A stretch of 59,382 nt of DNA, the filler included, from Dimargaris cristalligena (lineage: Eukaryota), in NCBI GenBank assembly GCA_003614675.1. It is 5 parts of 5 records of this genome, joined end to end, with 100 filler letters (N's around TTAATTAATTAA, not from the genome) between each part and the next. Parts side by side here need not be neighbours in the genome. Positions count along the whole stretch, not along the records: positions 1 to 11,815 come from ML003083.1; positions 11,916 to 23,729 come from ML003084.1; 3 more parts are not named here. One strand, written 5' to 3'. The position numbers and the translations under genes are program-made. The notes below the pieces were generated by a model. The model did not search any database. It had not been told where the DNA came from and worked only from the letters and a program-made list of their open reading frames with translations. Shown here one piece after another: positions 1 to 12,206 of the stretch. Within the stretch, counting starts at the first letter, position 1, and each line of letters begins with the position of its first letter.

Positions 1-982
1 ATGTGATCGGGCACCCTTCCTTTGGTGTATATTCCCTCTTATACTACATTTCCCGTACGATTTCAATAATAAGGGTGTCTAAATCCATGGCTGTGCATAC
101 TTATTGACATGCCCCGGGAACGATCAGTTTAGCTGTATTGGGCATTTATAACCATCGCTACTACTTGAGGAATGCATCCTACTTAACTCCTTCCCATCCC
201 CAAAATGCTAGTCTAACTATTATAATCCCTTTAATTACCCCCATCTCTCGTGCTACCACGTCCAGGGGCCTGCGAAGCATCGCTGGCGTGCTCTACTTGC
301 CACATTATTATGGATCCCGAGGACTATGATAAACTGGAAGAACCGAGTGACGAAGAAAACGATATGCTTGACTTGGCCTTTGGTCTAACTGAAACGTAAG
401 TATCATGAAGCACCTGGTAATTTGACTATACATGACTCGCAGCAATTGGTACCCAACAATTACGGATGCCACTGTATAGATCGTATTGACTCCCACACCT
501 TATTAATCCACTATTACATCACTGTCCCCCCTTTTTTTATGTATATTTTCTATTTGTAGGTCGCGTCTCGGATGCCAAGTGGTTATGACTAAAGATCTCG
601 ATGGTCTGGTAGTCCGCATGCCCTCGGCCACACGGAACATGGCTGTGGATGGATTCAAACCCAAGCCTCACTAATTGCGCTTATACGATGTAGCGTTTGT
701 ATAGATTCCAAAGATGAAAAATACACCTTCGCGTCTCTGATGGACTCTAGAAATCATTAAAAGGGTCCGGGGGGGGATTTTGAAGGGTAGTGGTCCCGCT
801 TCTGGGTCGTAGTTAGAGGTGATCAATAAAATAGGTTTGCATTACCACTGTCCAGGTCTCTAAACTATCCCATTTGACTGGCAGAGCCCCAGCGAGGCCA
901 ATTTGCTAGGAAATATAACTATCACACCATTTAATTATTTATATTCTTCAAAACTAAAGCAGAATACAGAAAGTCGGATATT

Positions 983-3203
983 TTAAAGTTCAAGCGACGT
1001 GTAAATAACCGCGGAGAAAGCCTGCAGTTCAGGCACAGCGGTGATCACCTAATAGAAATGCCATGGGAGAAGGGGGTTGGTGGAGAAATGGTGGATATAG
1101 GGTTGTTAATAAAATGAAAACAGGGTTGTTAGTTAGGATTTAGAGGTGTTTTTTTTTGTTGTTGTAGCAGTAGCAATTCAAAGTACCGCTGGCGTGCATG
1201 GTGGTGGTATAACACTGCCATTCTATCTTTGACGTATCACGAGGGGGAAATCCCAGTCACAACTGCAGCAATAGTGATATCAAATCAAAAAGGGGGGACT
1301 ACTTACCTCAAGATAATTGTTCGGGAATCCGTTAAGAATCTGGTGCACCTCACGGGTGACGCGGGGGATAATGGTAGCTACGGCTAGTCGAGATTCCACA
1401 CTGCTGAAATTCTCGAATTCTTGGACCAAGTCGACCGACTGGGTGGCGCTGATATCCGAGGCGGCCGTAGTCGTTATGGTTGGCATCGTGGCACTCGCCT
1501 GGAATGACGCCGTCAAATCCGACGTCGACGGAGCATTTGGCCGGAGGGATTCCGACGGGGCGGTAGAGGAAGTAGAGTGATGGAGTGACTGCTGCTGTTG
1601 TTGAGGGGCGACGGGTTCGGCGGGGAAATACTGGAGCAGGGTATCGAAAAGTACGGCAAAGGTACGGTCGAGGCAGCGCCCGCATACGATACGGAAATCG
1701 GGGGAATCGAGAAAATCCCGGGTTTCGGCCACGATGTGGAGTAGGGTCGGGTCGGTTAGCATCCTGGGGTTGGCTCCCCCTTCCAATAGGGTACGCTCGA
1801 GATCGTCGGGGTCGGTCGGGAGTAGAAGGTCTTCACTGACGATGATCGAGTCCCCGTTAAGGTTAGATGACGTTGAACCCGGGGACATGGTATGGGGATT
1901 GGTATCCGACGGGTGATGAAGGGTAGACCGGTCGGAGGCGGGGCCCGAGGCCGGGTGTTCGACACGCTCGCGCACCTGTCCGATCAAATCGACCAGCTCA
2001 AAATGGGTGAGTTTGGCCTTGAGGGAGACGGTGGAAAAGACGTCGTGGACGGCGGTTTCCACGGCCGCTTGGCATGACTGCCAGCCAATGTGAAGGAACC
2101 ACCAGGTCAGGGTTAGGTAGGCCTGTTCCACCATGAACGGGAGGCGGCGGCTCGTCGGGGCATGGGGGTCGGCCTTCCCGGAGTTCATTGAATCCCCGGC
2201 TGGAGCGCGCTGGGGATTCGTATCATCGGCCGACGGGGACCCACGCACGAGGGAGGCCAACGAGTCGGCGTAGATAAAGCGACCGATCAGGTTCAATTGG
2301 AGGTACACAAACACGGTCAGGTAGTTGAGGCAGTACAGGGAGGTCAGGGTGCGGGTAAAACTGGTCAGTTTGATATCCTCCCACAGCTCCACCTTGGACC
2401 GGGCGGGGTGATGGACGCCCGGGTCGATTAATGTCGTGGTGGCGGCGGGGGAGGGCGATGCCGGGTTGGATAAATTAGCGGATGGGTCATCACCACTACT
2501 ACCACCGCCTTCGACCGCTGGCAATGCGGGGGGGTTGCGTGAGGCGGGATTAATACTGCCGCCCTTGCGGTATTCTTTGAGAGTTTGGACCAGTTTTTCC
2601 ACATTCATGGTGTCCAACAGGGGTTCGGATAGAGTGGGCAGTAGGGACATGATGGTGAAGGTACAGTCCTGTTGGTTCTGTTCGAACCGGCGTTTGAGGC
2701 TGCAGGACAGGGCGGGAAAGAAACACATACGTGTACGCACACACACACACAGTGGGAATAATAATCGTTGTTGGCAATAGAGTGTGAGTGGAGTTGGGGG
2801 GGGGAGGAGCAGGCGTAAATGCTGATATAAACAATCGACCTAGCGGGGGGGCGTGCTTTAGGTGGGCGCCGAAGTATACCACTACCAGCTGTACCTATGT
2901 TGCCCACCCAATCTATACCATAGCTGAGGCAATCGCGCGCCCCGTGTGTGTGTGTGTGTGTGTGTTAGTCGTCGACGCCTGGGAAGCGCGGGAGACATGG
3001 AGAGAGTGAAAAGGAGGGGATTGGTGGAGCGGGTTAGAAACTTACTTTTCCTGGAGGAGCCGGTCGCGGGCCATGGCGGCCTGCATTTCGGTTATTTTCT
3101 TTTTGGCATACTGGCCGACCCAGTATACGCCGCCGAGGACCCCGGCGGATATGAAGAAGGCCTTGCGGTGGCGTTTGGCGAAGCCGTATATCGAAGAGAA
3201 CAT
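983..3203 (-). CDS. PEX3: Peroxin-3, peroxisomal membrane biogenesis factor; 3 exons (3203-3046, 2699-1307, 1048-983)
   Basis: Spliced translation MFSSIYGFAKRHRKAFFISAGVLGGVYWVG...EN|LKRRFEQNQQDC...KVELWEDIKLTSFTR...QLNLIGR...YLTLTWWFLHIGW...FLDSPDF...E|VITAVPELQAFSAVIYTSLEL* matches Pex3 motifs; GTAAGT donors and CAG/TAG acceptors keep the frame. Confidence 0.92.
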
Positions 3204-5218
3204 GGAGAGGTATAGTGTTGGGCTAGGTTGCGGAGGTGATTACTGTACGAAGGGAATTAGTAGAAGCAACGGACGGAAATGCATAGCCAAGAGGGAAATA
3301 TCCAAAGGAGAAGGTACTTCTAAAGACAAAGGGAAGAAAGCAGTCGAGTTGCATAGAGCCAAGCGGGTGGTTTTGAAGGTTAAGAAGTATGTTGGCAGAA
3401 GAGAGTCTCGCACGCTGTCTCTTCCATTCTTTCACTGTCCCCCAGGCCCGCGCTGCCAGTAGAGTGTGGGGAAGGAGAGAACCGTTCTGCTTCTCCGATA
3501 CTCTCCCCGGCATTAAGGGTTTCGCATTAACATATAGTGTTCTCTCTCTCCCATGCACCCAAATATGAATATTCACCAGCCAAACCAACACCGTCATCAT
3601 CCACAAACAGTTTCACATGACCAGCCTGGGCCATTAAGCTGCCCTCTATATAATACGCACCTGCCTTTCCCCCCATCCAGTAGTATCCTATTATGAACAA
3701 GACTCCCCCCTCTACTCGACTCTGGCTTGGTTATATTATATTGGTTTCTCCACTAAGCATCAGTTAGGACAATTAAAGATCAGCCCTAGCCTTCTAACCA
3801 TAAAATGTTAGCTAATTTAGTGTCCCCATTGGGCTGTTTGTTTGAACATCTTGCATACGCTGTAACTTCCGTGGATCATGAAACCACTGCTAGTAGACCT
3901 CAACGTGATATTCACGCACCAATTCTATAGTAATAATGAGAAAGGTGTTGAGGACTGTATCCGTCCAAGATTCTGAGGGCTAGTACGTTATGCGGATTTG
4001 GGCATTTTGACATCGGGCGATTTTCTAGACAACTTAGTCGAGAAAAATATGACAATCTAGGGAGGAAAATCAAAGCTAAGTAGCAGCTATAAAATAATTA
4101 AGCATTTTGCTCCACAAGTGTCAAACAATATATTTTCTACAACTTACCAATTAGATTGCGACATGTCATTTTTATCAACCATACTTCTCGATTGGGTTTT
4201 GTATGTAGTTTAAGAGATTGAGTAAAAAACCTAAGTATCACTCTGAACTTTCCGACAGACCAAATCCAATCCAAGTTCGTCTACAAAAAATATTTCGTTT
4301 AAAATACCTCGGGGACGTCTTCAACGTAGTAACCCAACGCAAATCTATTATGTTTATTTGGGCCCTATTGATTGGAAATACGCTCTCCACATTCCAGCCC
4401 ACAAGTTCTTCATGGCTTCACACAATCAATGCCGTATTTCCATTTATAAGCCTAACTCGGGGAACATTGATAAAGGGCGGGCCGGAGATATACAAAAGAA
4501 AGTAGAACCACCATAAATCAGGCAAATGCTCAGTGTAATATAGTATAGCCAAATTTTCCTATTTTATACTGATGGCCAGTACAATCGAAACAAGTAGGCA
4601 TCGAAAATGTGGGACTGCAGCTTTGAATAGCGGCGACTGGCAATAGGGGCATCAGTACCAACCCAGATAAGTTCAAGCGAGTGGCTTCATTTTTTTATTA
4701 TGTTGATTAGTTAAACTCAGTATGGGGCAAGTTGCGTGTACGTCAATGTATCGATCATTGAAATTCAAGAGAGGACTGCGCGAGAGTTAAATAGGGAATT
4801 TGGTATTTACCTAGCGGTGGGGTCCATACCAACACTGTGCGTTAAACTATACAGCTAGCCAAAACAACGCCCTTATCGGCTAAAGTGAAGCGTGCGCATG
4901 AAATTCGATGAGCCTGGTTATGCACCGAAAGTGGAAGTTTATTTGGTTAGATTTAAGAGCTAAATTGGTTTTATACTGGAATAAGAATGAAGGCAACAGG
5001 GTGTAAATAGTGAGAATATATAGGTATGGAGAGAGAGAGAGAGAGAGAGAGAAAAGTTGTGGAAATAACAATGGTAATACGGGGTATAACACGGTACTAA
5101 AGGCAGAGCCAAGAGATAGAAAAAGAGAGGGTATATTCCACCCCATTTCTTCAGCAAAAAAACAATAATAATATAGTGGTATATAGATATGGATATATAT
5201 ATAATGCATCTAACCTAG

Positions 5219-8033
5219 TTAGTGCATGAAAACATCCAAACGATTGAGTTTTGAATACGTATCGGGGGGCATACGGAACTGGATCATACCCGCCAATACC
5301 ATCACTGAACGACCCTTTTTACGGTACAGGGCCAACTGGGACTGTTTGGTCGCATCCAGGAACTGGGACTGCTTGGTTTGGTTATATAAGTGACTCAGCG
5401 TATCCATGGTAGCAAGCAGGATATCAGGGAAATTCCGGGATACCGCCTCGTCCAAATCGCGGAGTTGTTCGGCGCGCCGGGTAATGACGGCCACATCGGC
5501 GTCCAAGGGGATGAGGTCCAGTTTCTCGATGATGAGGAGGGCGGCATCAAAACGACCCTGTTCGTGGGCGACCATGAAGTCCAGCAGACTCAGGATTTGG
5601 ATGCACGTCTCCCGGTGGTGGGTACTGATTTGGGCTTGGATATGGGGGTACCGCAGATAATGGTCCAGGATATTCTCGCCGAGACGCTTCACTTCGGGCG
5701 CCGTGAGTTGGGTGACCCCGGATGCCGTCAAGCCCAGGGCCCCGGAGGGCGTGGTAAAAGTAGGGGGGGGGATTGTTGGCATCGACGTTGCCCGCACTAG
5801 CAGCTACGGCCAGATGGTTACGTTCGGTCGGGTTGGAAAGAATTTCCCCGAGCTGCAGAATGATCAAGGCAATCACAGTATCATACTCCTCCGCCATGTT
5901 GTATAACAGGATGGCTTCGCCCAACCGACCGTCGCGCCGGCAATTTTCGGCCGCCTGTTTAGTAATAAGCTGCAGCGTATCAGCAGTAGCCGGGTCCGTC
6001 GCCAGTAACGGCTGGTAACGTTCCAGGAAGCCCTCGCTGCGGGACCCGTCGCGCTGCACCTCACCCAGCAGGTGGCCGTAGTCCGCGGTGTCGAGCAATA
6101 TGCCCTGAATGGCCTCGCTGGCCAAGGCGGCCTGGTGTTGGACGCGGGCGGAATCTTTGTCGGGCAAGAGACTGTGGAGACGGAGCAGGAACACGTAGTG
6201 GAGGGCCGATGGGGCGTCGGCGGGTCCGAAACGGTAGACGTAATCGCCCAGGATCTTGTTGAAGTTCAGGCAGTAAATTTCGTGCCCTTCGGCATCCACC
6301 ACCGTCGTCAGATAATCCAACACCCCCATGGGTTGATCCAAGGGAGTGACACGGATCAGTCCGTAGTACGCCAGGGCAATGGCGAAGTGAACCGCTTCGA
6401 TGCGGTAGCTCTCCAGCTGCAGGAGGTAGCCCACGGCCTGCTCAAACTGGGCACTCAGCAGGAGTACCTGGAAGTAAAGGACTGGGTTGTTGCCATTGGG
6501 GTTGAAGTGGTTGGCTCCGAAGCGCAGGAGCAGCTTTTGGAGGTCCCGAAGGGTGTAGCGTTCGTCCGGTACTTCTTCGGAACTGCTCGTTTCCCGGATA
6601 AGCATGAGCTGCAGCCAGATGTAGTCTTCGGTGGTTTGCACAACAGCGGGTACCGATTTACGGGCCAGTTCGCACCGGCCAATCAATTTCAGCATGGCTA
6701 GTTTGTAGGGATCACCCTGGTTGTGGGCGTTATGGGCCACACGTTGGTAGTCGCCTTGGAGGCGGTCCCGCAGGGATTTCGGCAAGCGGTGATCCTGGTC
6801 ATCCAAGTAGGCCTTGAGGTAGGTGAGAAAGTTGCGCTCGTTCTGGACCAAAAAGTTCTCGTGCCGCAGGGCGTATTGCAGAGCCTCCTTCGGATAACCG
6901 GCGCGGAACAGATAGTACATGTGGGCCCAAACGGGCTGACCTTGGTTCTTCTCCAGATTCTCCTGGCTTGAATCCGACCGGGCCAGCTTGACGTTGAGGT
7001 AGGCCTGGATTTTGTTATGAATCGACGGTACCCCACCCATTTGGGCTTCACGCGGGTACTGGGCGAGGATACGTTCCACGTACTGGACGAATTGTTCGTG
7101 TAGGTAATGGCGGGCCCCCCGGATCAGATAGGTACGGACCTGGACCGCCGTGAGGGAATCGTAGTTGCTGTGCAGATACGCGTCGCTGAATTCCGCTTCC
7201 ATTAGGGCACTGCTGGTATCCAATTTGCCGCCCGCCACGATACGCTCGTCGAGGATGGAGGAGAGCAAGTTCCAGCTCGTGATCATTTGCTGGGACCGGT
7301 CGTCACCGGAGAGAGTCCGGGCCACTTCCTCAAACTGCGCTACCACGGTACAGTCGGCATGCTGCAGCCGCTTATCGTTGAGGGTTTCCACCGCCGCAGC
7401 GTACTGTTGCATGCGGGGATTAAGCTGGAGGCTGGACCCCCGGCGCCGGCCGCCCAAATCGGCGGAACGATCGCCCAAACCCGCGAAGAAACGGTCCGAG
7501 TCAATAGTAGCGTCGTTCCCACTGGCCCGGGCGCCCCGCCCACCACCACTACTGCCACTGCCACGGTCGGTCTGGGCCGGGGGCTGACCCAACTCCTCCA
7601 ACAACCGCTGTTTGGCACGCTGCCAATCGGCCTGAAACGCACTTTCGTACGCGACCTCGAAATCCTGGCACGTTTCGCGGTACCCGCTTTCGAGGGCATT
7701 AACGATGAGTTGTTCGCGCTGGTAGTTCAAATACCCTTCCACGTCGGTATCGGGGATCGTTTGTACGGGTTCGAACGTGGTGGCCAGGTTGAAGGATCTA
7801 ATGGCCCGGGAGAGCTTGTCCGGGTCGACTCCCCCGCTAGCAAGAAGGAAATGCCCTTTGGCATCCGAACCAGGGGGCTCCAAAATCGTCCGGGACACCA
7901 GACGACGGGATTCCGATTCAATTTGACCGAGGCCCCGTTGGAGTGCAGGGAGATCGGTGGGGGTTATGTGGCTCGTAAGCTGCTGAGATTCCTCCAGCAG
8001 CTGCTTAAGGCGATTAGGGTTCGACTGGATCAT
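5219..8033 (-). CDS. NIC96: Nuclear pore protein Nic96/Nup93, split across two frames at a G9 run (5763-5771)
   Basis: ORF 5547..8033 has LQRGLGQIE, WAHMYYLFRAG, DPYKLAMLKLIGRC, TTEDYIWLQL, EAVHFAIALAYYGL; ORF 5219..5797 supplies the C-terminal LAGMIQFRMPPDTYSKLNRLD. Removing one base from the homopolymer joins them. Confidence 0.9.
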
Positions 8034-9766
8034 ACCGGGCTAGTCGATGGTAAACAGGTGGGGGGGAAGGACCGTTCTAGCTTCGGTTTCGAATCAAACT
8101 ATACTAGCAACAACAAAAAATAATAATCAAATGGTAACGGCAATGTTATTGGATAAATAAAAAGTGGCTGAAAGGTAATCAGTGCCGTGGAATGCCGAAT
8201 TGCGGAGTTCCAGTGGTGGAAGAAATAAACGCAGTGGATGAAGAAGGAGGCAATGTGGGGCTTGTATCCCTCCTATAAAACTGTGAATGAAGTATAGCCA
8301 ACCGGTGGAAGAGTTATTGCCTGGAACATTTCCTATAGGGCGGAATAGCCAGCGTAGTTTCATTCGGGGCTTATGCTGAGTTGCTTTCAAAGCTAATGCT
8401 CGCCAATGGCCCAACACTAACAGAGCGGTTGCCCACTCATAGATTTCTTATGATGGCCCGTAGCGATATTACCTAACGAGTGGCAAGCGAGTGCGGGATT
8501 TGTCTAACTATTGCTTGACGATGAATTAAGCTGAGTGTCTATAATGTGCTTTAATGTATTAGCAGGACCGACAGGCCCCATGTACATTTACTGAGGGGTA
8601 TACATAAAGACATATCATAATATCAACAAGAACATGTGAGTCCCAGGTGCGAATCCTCTCTTACCCCCATGCTTCTCGCCTTTAGACCGTGTTATACAAC
8701 TGGTCTATAGATACAATTTTCTCTCGTGAACTACTATAGTAATTGAACTTTAAATAAATTGTTGCCCAGACATACATTCTCGTATTTTTACAGGTCGAAT
8801 AATGAGATGCCCTTATACCACCTTCTGATAAGCCAGTACGCCTTGACTTGTGCTATCATTCCAAACAAAACTACAATCCAATAGGTGTATTGTCAGGTTA
8901 GGAATGTACAATAACTCCATACGCCTTTATCACGCACCTTCATAAAGTGACAGTACCTAATGCTCAGGACATTTACAGGTAAAGAACATGGAAACACCAC
9001 TCTCATTATAAATGCCCATGGGCCTTCTCGACTCTGTTTTATAGGGTAAAGAGAGTTGTCTATACATGGCTTGACTAAGATTTCCCCAACATAGTAAACC
9101 ATGCCGCATCGGTTTCCTAAGGGACATTATTCAGTCCTTTCACTATTGCTCCACAGTAGCTCGTCAACCTGAAGATATGGTGGTAATAATTATCGGCAGG
9201 TGGCCTACTCTTTATAATGTTGCTTTATACCGCCGCTTTCTAAGAATTCCAAGCCTCGAATTTGTTAGCATCCGCGTCACTCACGAAAATTTACGGGCCT
9301 TCCACTTGCTTTTTTGAATGGTCTTCCATCTAGCAATCAATCACCGGAAACCAATAGTATACTCATTATCTATGAGCTACTTTATAGTTTTTCTACTTAT
9401 AGCGAGCCCTTTACGTTATTCGTGAAGGTGTATTCATATTTTGCTTTATCAGTCTCCAGGTGTAGGAACTTAAGAGTCTACTGACCTTATATAAATATCC
9501 AATGAGTTTCCATCCCTTTTGATATTCAGATTTACTTGACAATCTATTCTTCAGCGACTGGTTACACTTAATATTTTCACCTTCCACCTCTCATTTCTCT
9601 ATAGGTTTGGTTTGCAAAATTACATTGCTACAACTGCCCCTTAAATATACACATATATATACGTGCTACTCCACCCATTCAAACCATATTCCTACAACCT
9701 GCAAGTTTATCAATATTCGTTCACATTAGCTCCAATATACATTAGTTATCCCATCATTACTACACA

Positions 9767-10768
9767 ATGCCACCCATAAAGCACTCGAAATCCACTGGCA
9801 GCCGGCGTCCGTTTCCCAAGAGCCGCTTTAGTATCACCCGAGCAGCCACCTCCGGTAAGGCTGCTCCCCGCTTCAAAGCGAAGCGTGGAAATAAATCTTC
9901 CACTGGCCAAATGGAGCTACCCAATACGCACCCTGAAGATGACGAGCCTTCGGTGGATATGCCCAAGGACATTTGTCCCGCCCAATCCATGCCGACCTCA
10001 CCGTCGCCATCGGCAACGCTCACTAGCGCCTCGGAAGGCGAATCGCAAGCCTTCTATGGAACCCAGTATACGTTGGATACCTCAGTCAATGGTGAACACC
10101 GACAAGCCCTCCTGGATATGGGGGCCCCTACCACGACCATATCGGAGTCAGATCTCCCTCTGTCCTACCAACTCATTGACACTGGCATGCGTTCCGATAT
10201 CGTTTTGGGGGGCGGAACCAGAGTAACCCCTCTAAAATACGCCATTGTGGAAGTTATTGTGGGCACCATGGCGAATATTTTAGCGGTGGCTGTACTCGCC
10301 CAGGGCCGGTTTCGCCTGGGCTCGGACTGGTTTGACATGGTCCAGCCCGTGCTGGATATACGCAAAAGTATCCTGACGATCGGAGATACCACCGTGCCAC
10401 TCCGGACCAACCACAGCTGGTTTAGAGATGTTAAAGTATCGGTAGTTTGCCGGAACTTGTACGCGAACTTGCCCGTCCATTCCTCGAATCCCCCCGAGTG
10501 TTCCTTTTACACGCATGAGGAGGTCGTTATTCCCCCCCGCGGGATGGTTACTGTGCTCATGGGCTGGGACATCAGTGCTCCGGTGGGTCACTACTGCACG
10601 ATTAAAGAATCCCCGACCCTGAAGCGGTGTCTATCCGTTCGGGAATGGTATACCGGAACTGATGACAAGAGCCAACTTACTATAGTTGTTCGCAACAAAT
10701 CTTCCAAGTTAGTCACCATTAAGAGGGGCACTTGGCTTATTGTTCTAGCGCTAAAACGCTGTTACTAA
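9767..10768 (+). CDS. Retropepsin-like aspartic protease domain fused to a degenerate trimeric-dUTPase-fold domain (333 aa, intronless)
   Basis: VNGEHRQALLDMGAPTTTIS and FRLGSDWF resemble the retropepsin LxD(T/S)GA and ILGxD motifs; EEVVIPPRGMVTVLMGWDISAPVGHYCTI...LTIVVRNKSSKLVTIKRGTWLIVL follows the dUTPase beta-strand pattern. Confidence 0.7.
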   Translation: MPPIKHSKSTGSRRPFPKSRFSITRAATSGKAAPRFKAKRGNKSSTGQMELPNTHPEDDEPSVDMPKDICPAQSMPTSPSPSATLTSASEGESQAFYGTQYTLDTSVNGEHRQALLDMGAPTTTISESDLPLSYQLIDTGMRSDIVLGGGTRVTPLKYAIVEVIVGTMANILAVAVLAQGRFRLGSDWFDMVQPVLDIRKSILTIGDTTVPLRTNHSWFRDVKVSVVCRNLYANLPVHSSNPPECSFYTHEEVVIPPRGMVTVLMGWDISAPVGHYCTIKESPTLKRCLSVREWYTGTDDKSQLTIVVRNKSSKLVTIKRGTWLIVLALKRCY

Positions 10769-11499
10769 ACGCGCCCAACCGAAGACCTAGTAGTGTATTA
10801 CAGCTCATTCGGCGTAAAAAAATATTGCTCCGAAGCGCCAGTTAAATACTCTGCCAAAGAGGGCTGGTGGGTAGGGTGCCTAGAATAAAGCAGTCCTTGA
10901 TTTATCTTCAACCATTTAAAAGTTTCTATGTACTCGGATAAGTATGAGATGTAGATACTATGCACTATCTCCATTTTAAAAATGACATTGCTTCCCTTTC
11001 TGTTTATATTATTTTAACATATTTTGATTAGAATCGCTAAATAAATTATTGGAAAAGGAAAGCGTGCGAAGGCTTTATCGTTATTGGATAATGGACAGGT
11101 TATCTTGGCCATCGGTGAATGGTATTTTTGTGTTACTCAGTTACACCGTCCAACTGTACGAAGTATTGGCAATGGCCAACCCACCCTTGTATTTAGCCAT
11201 GCCGGAAAAACGCTCTAGTCACTATTGGGGCTAAATGTACTCAAAAGGTCCAAGGGTGGTACTCAACCCACTCACATTTTTATTATATATTCGCTCAATA
11301 CTTTTAATGTGACACCTTGATTATACAGCTAAGCCGTGGTGTGGGTATTGGCTATAAGTATGGGACCATCCCCCCCCGTTCCTCCCGACCCCTCGCGTTC
11401 ACCATCTTTCCACCCTCTCGGCGTAGTTTTTTAATTTTGTCTATTACATTACCTTCCTTTCCATTCTTCTAGCAACGATATTTGCAATCACTGACAACC

Positions 11500-11815
11500 A
11501 TGTTTCCCCGGGTTTATTATACTCTGCCAACCCAAATTATGGTTGGGCTACTGGCTGTGTCCGTCCACTCGGCGTGGATAGACAGACCCGGTACCCAGCT
11601 CCCCGCCTATTTGATGGGCAATAGCCATTGGTCCGAATTTCTACCCCATGTCCCCTTTTCTGACCCCTATGATCCCGTCGTAGGGGATGTCGACATGACA
11701 CCTCCCACCGATTGGCCCAGCGACCCGCCGCTCACCAGCGAACAGGTTCGGTCTATGGAAGAGACCTACCTCGACCTCGACCTCGACCTCGACCTCGACC
11801 TCGACCTCGACCTCG
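11500..11815 (+). CDS. Hypothetical protein with signal-peptide-like N-terminus, truncated by contig end
   Basis: ATG at 11500; MFPRVYYTLPTQIMVGLLAVSVHSAW... open to the linker, ending in a (DL)n repeat. Confidence 0.4.
11768..11815. repeat. (ACCTCG)8 hexamer microsatellite at contig end
   Basis: Eight perfect copies running into the N linker. Confidence 0.95.
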
Positions 11816-11915
11816 NNNNNNNNNNNNNNNNNNNNNNNNNNNNNNNNNNNNNNNNNNNNTTAATTAATTAANNNNNNNNNNNNNNNNNNNNNNNNNNNNN
11901 NNNNNNNNNNNNNNN
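11816..11915. other. Artificial contig linker (N44-TTAATTAATTAA-N44)
   Basis: 100-bp spacer with stops in all frames, repeated identically four times in the window. Confidence 0.98.
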
Positions 11916-12206
11916 CTATGGAAAGGATCGACCTCCTCCCTCTGAGTGGTGACGGTCGCCCTTGGTTGCAGTATAAATGGGCCATGTAAAGTGGGGATAT
12001 TGGTTGAACAGGATATCTGATAGGTTGGCTAAATTCAGTCACGCGCGTGACCTAAGACCAGAATAATAGTCCTTGCCACTGCTGGGAAATTGGGTACTTT
12101 GAATAAGAATCGAGTGATTTGAAAAAAAAAAAACAACAACAGTGATATGATAGTGGAGAAGTAGTAGAGCACCTTATCCGTAATATGACCTGGACATGAA
12201 TGAATA

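Noticed and set aside
5029-5052. (GA)n tract downstream of NIC96
   Set aside because: Ordinary microsatellite with no sign of function.
6072-8123. Long plus-strand ORFs (6072-6701, 7287-8123) and similar antisense ORFs over PEX3, SSK1, PRP5 and ARO4
   Set aside because: Antisense shadows of GC-rich coding sequence with no recognisable motifs.
8595-8669. tRNA-sized stretch GGGGTA...CCAGGTGCGAATCCT...TACCCC
   Set aside because: Only the acceptor-like ends pair; there is no D arm or anticodon stem and the T loop lacks TTC. At best an unprovable relic.
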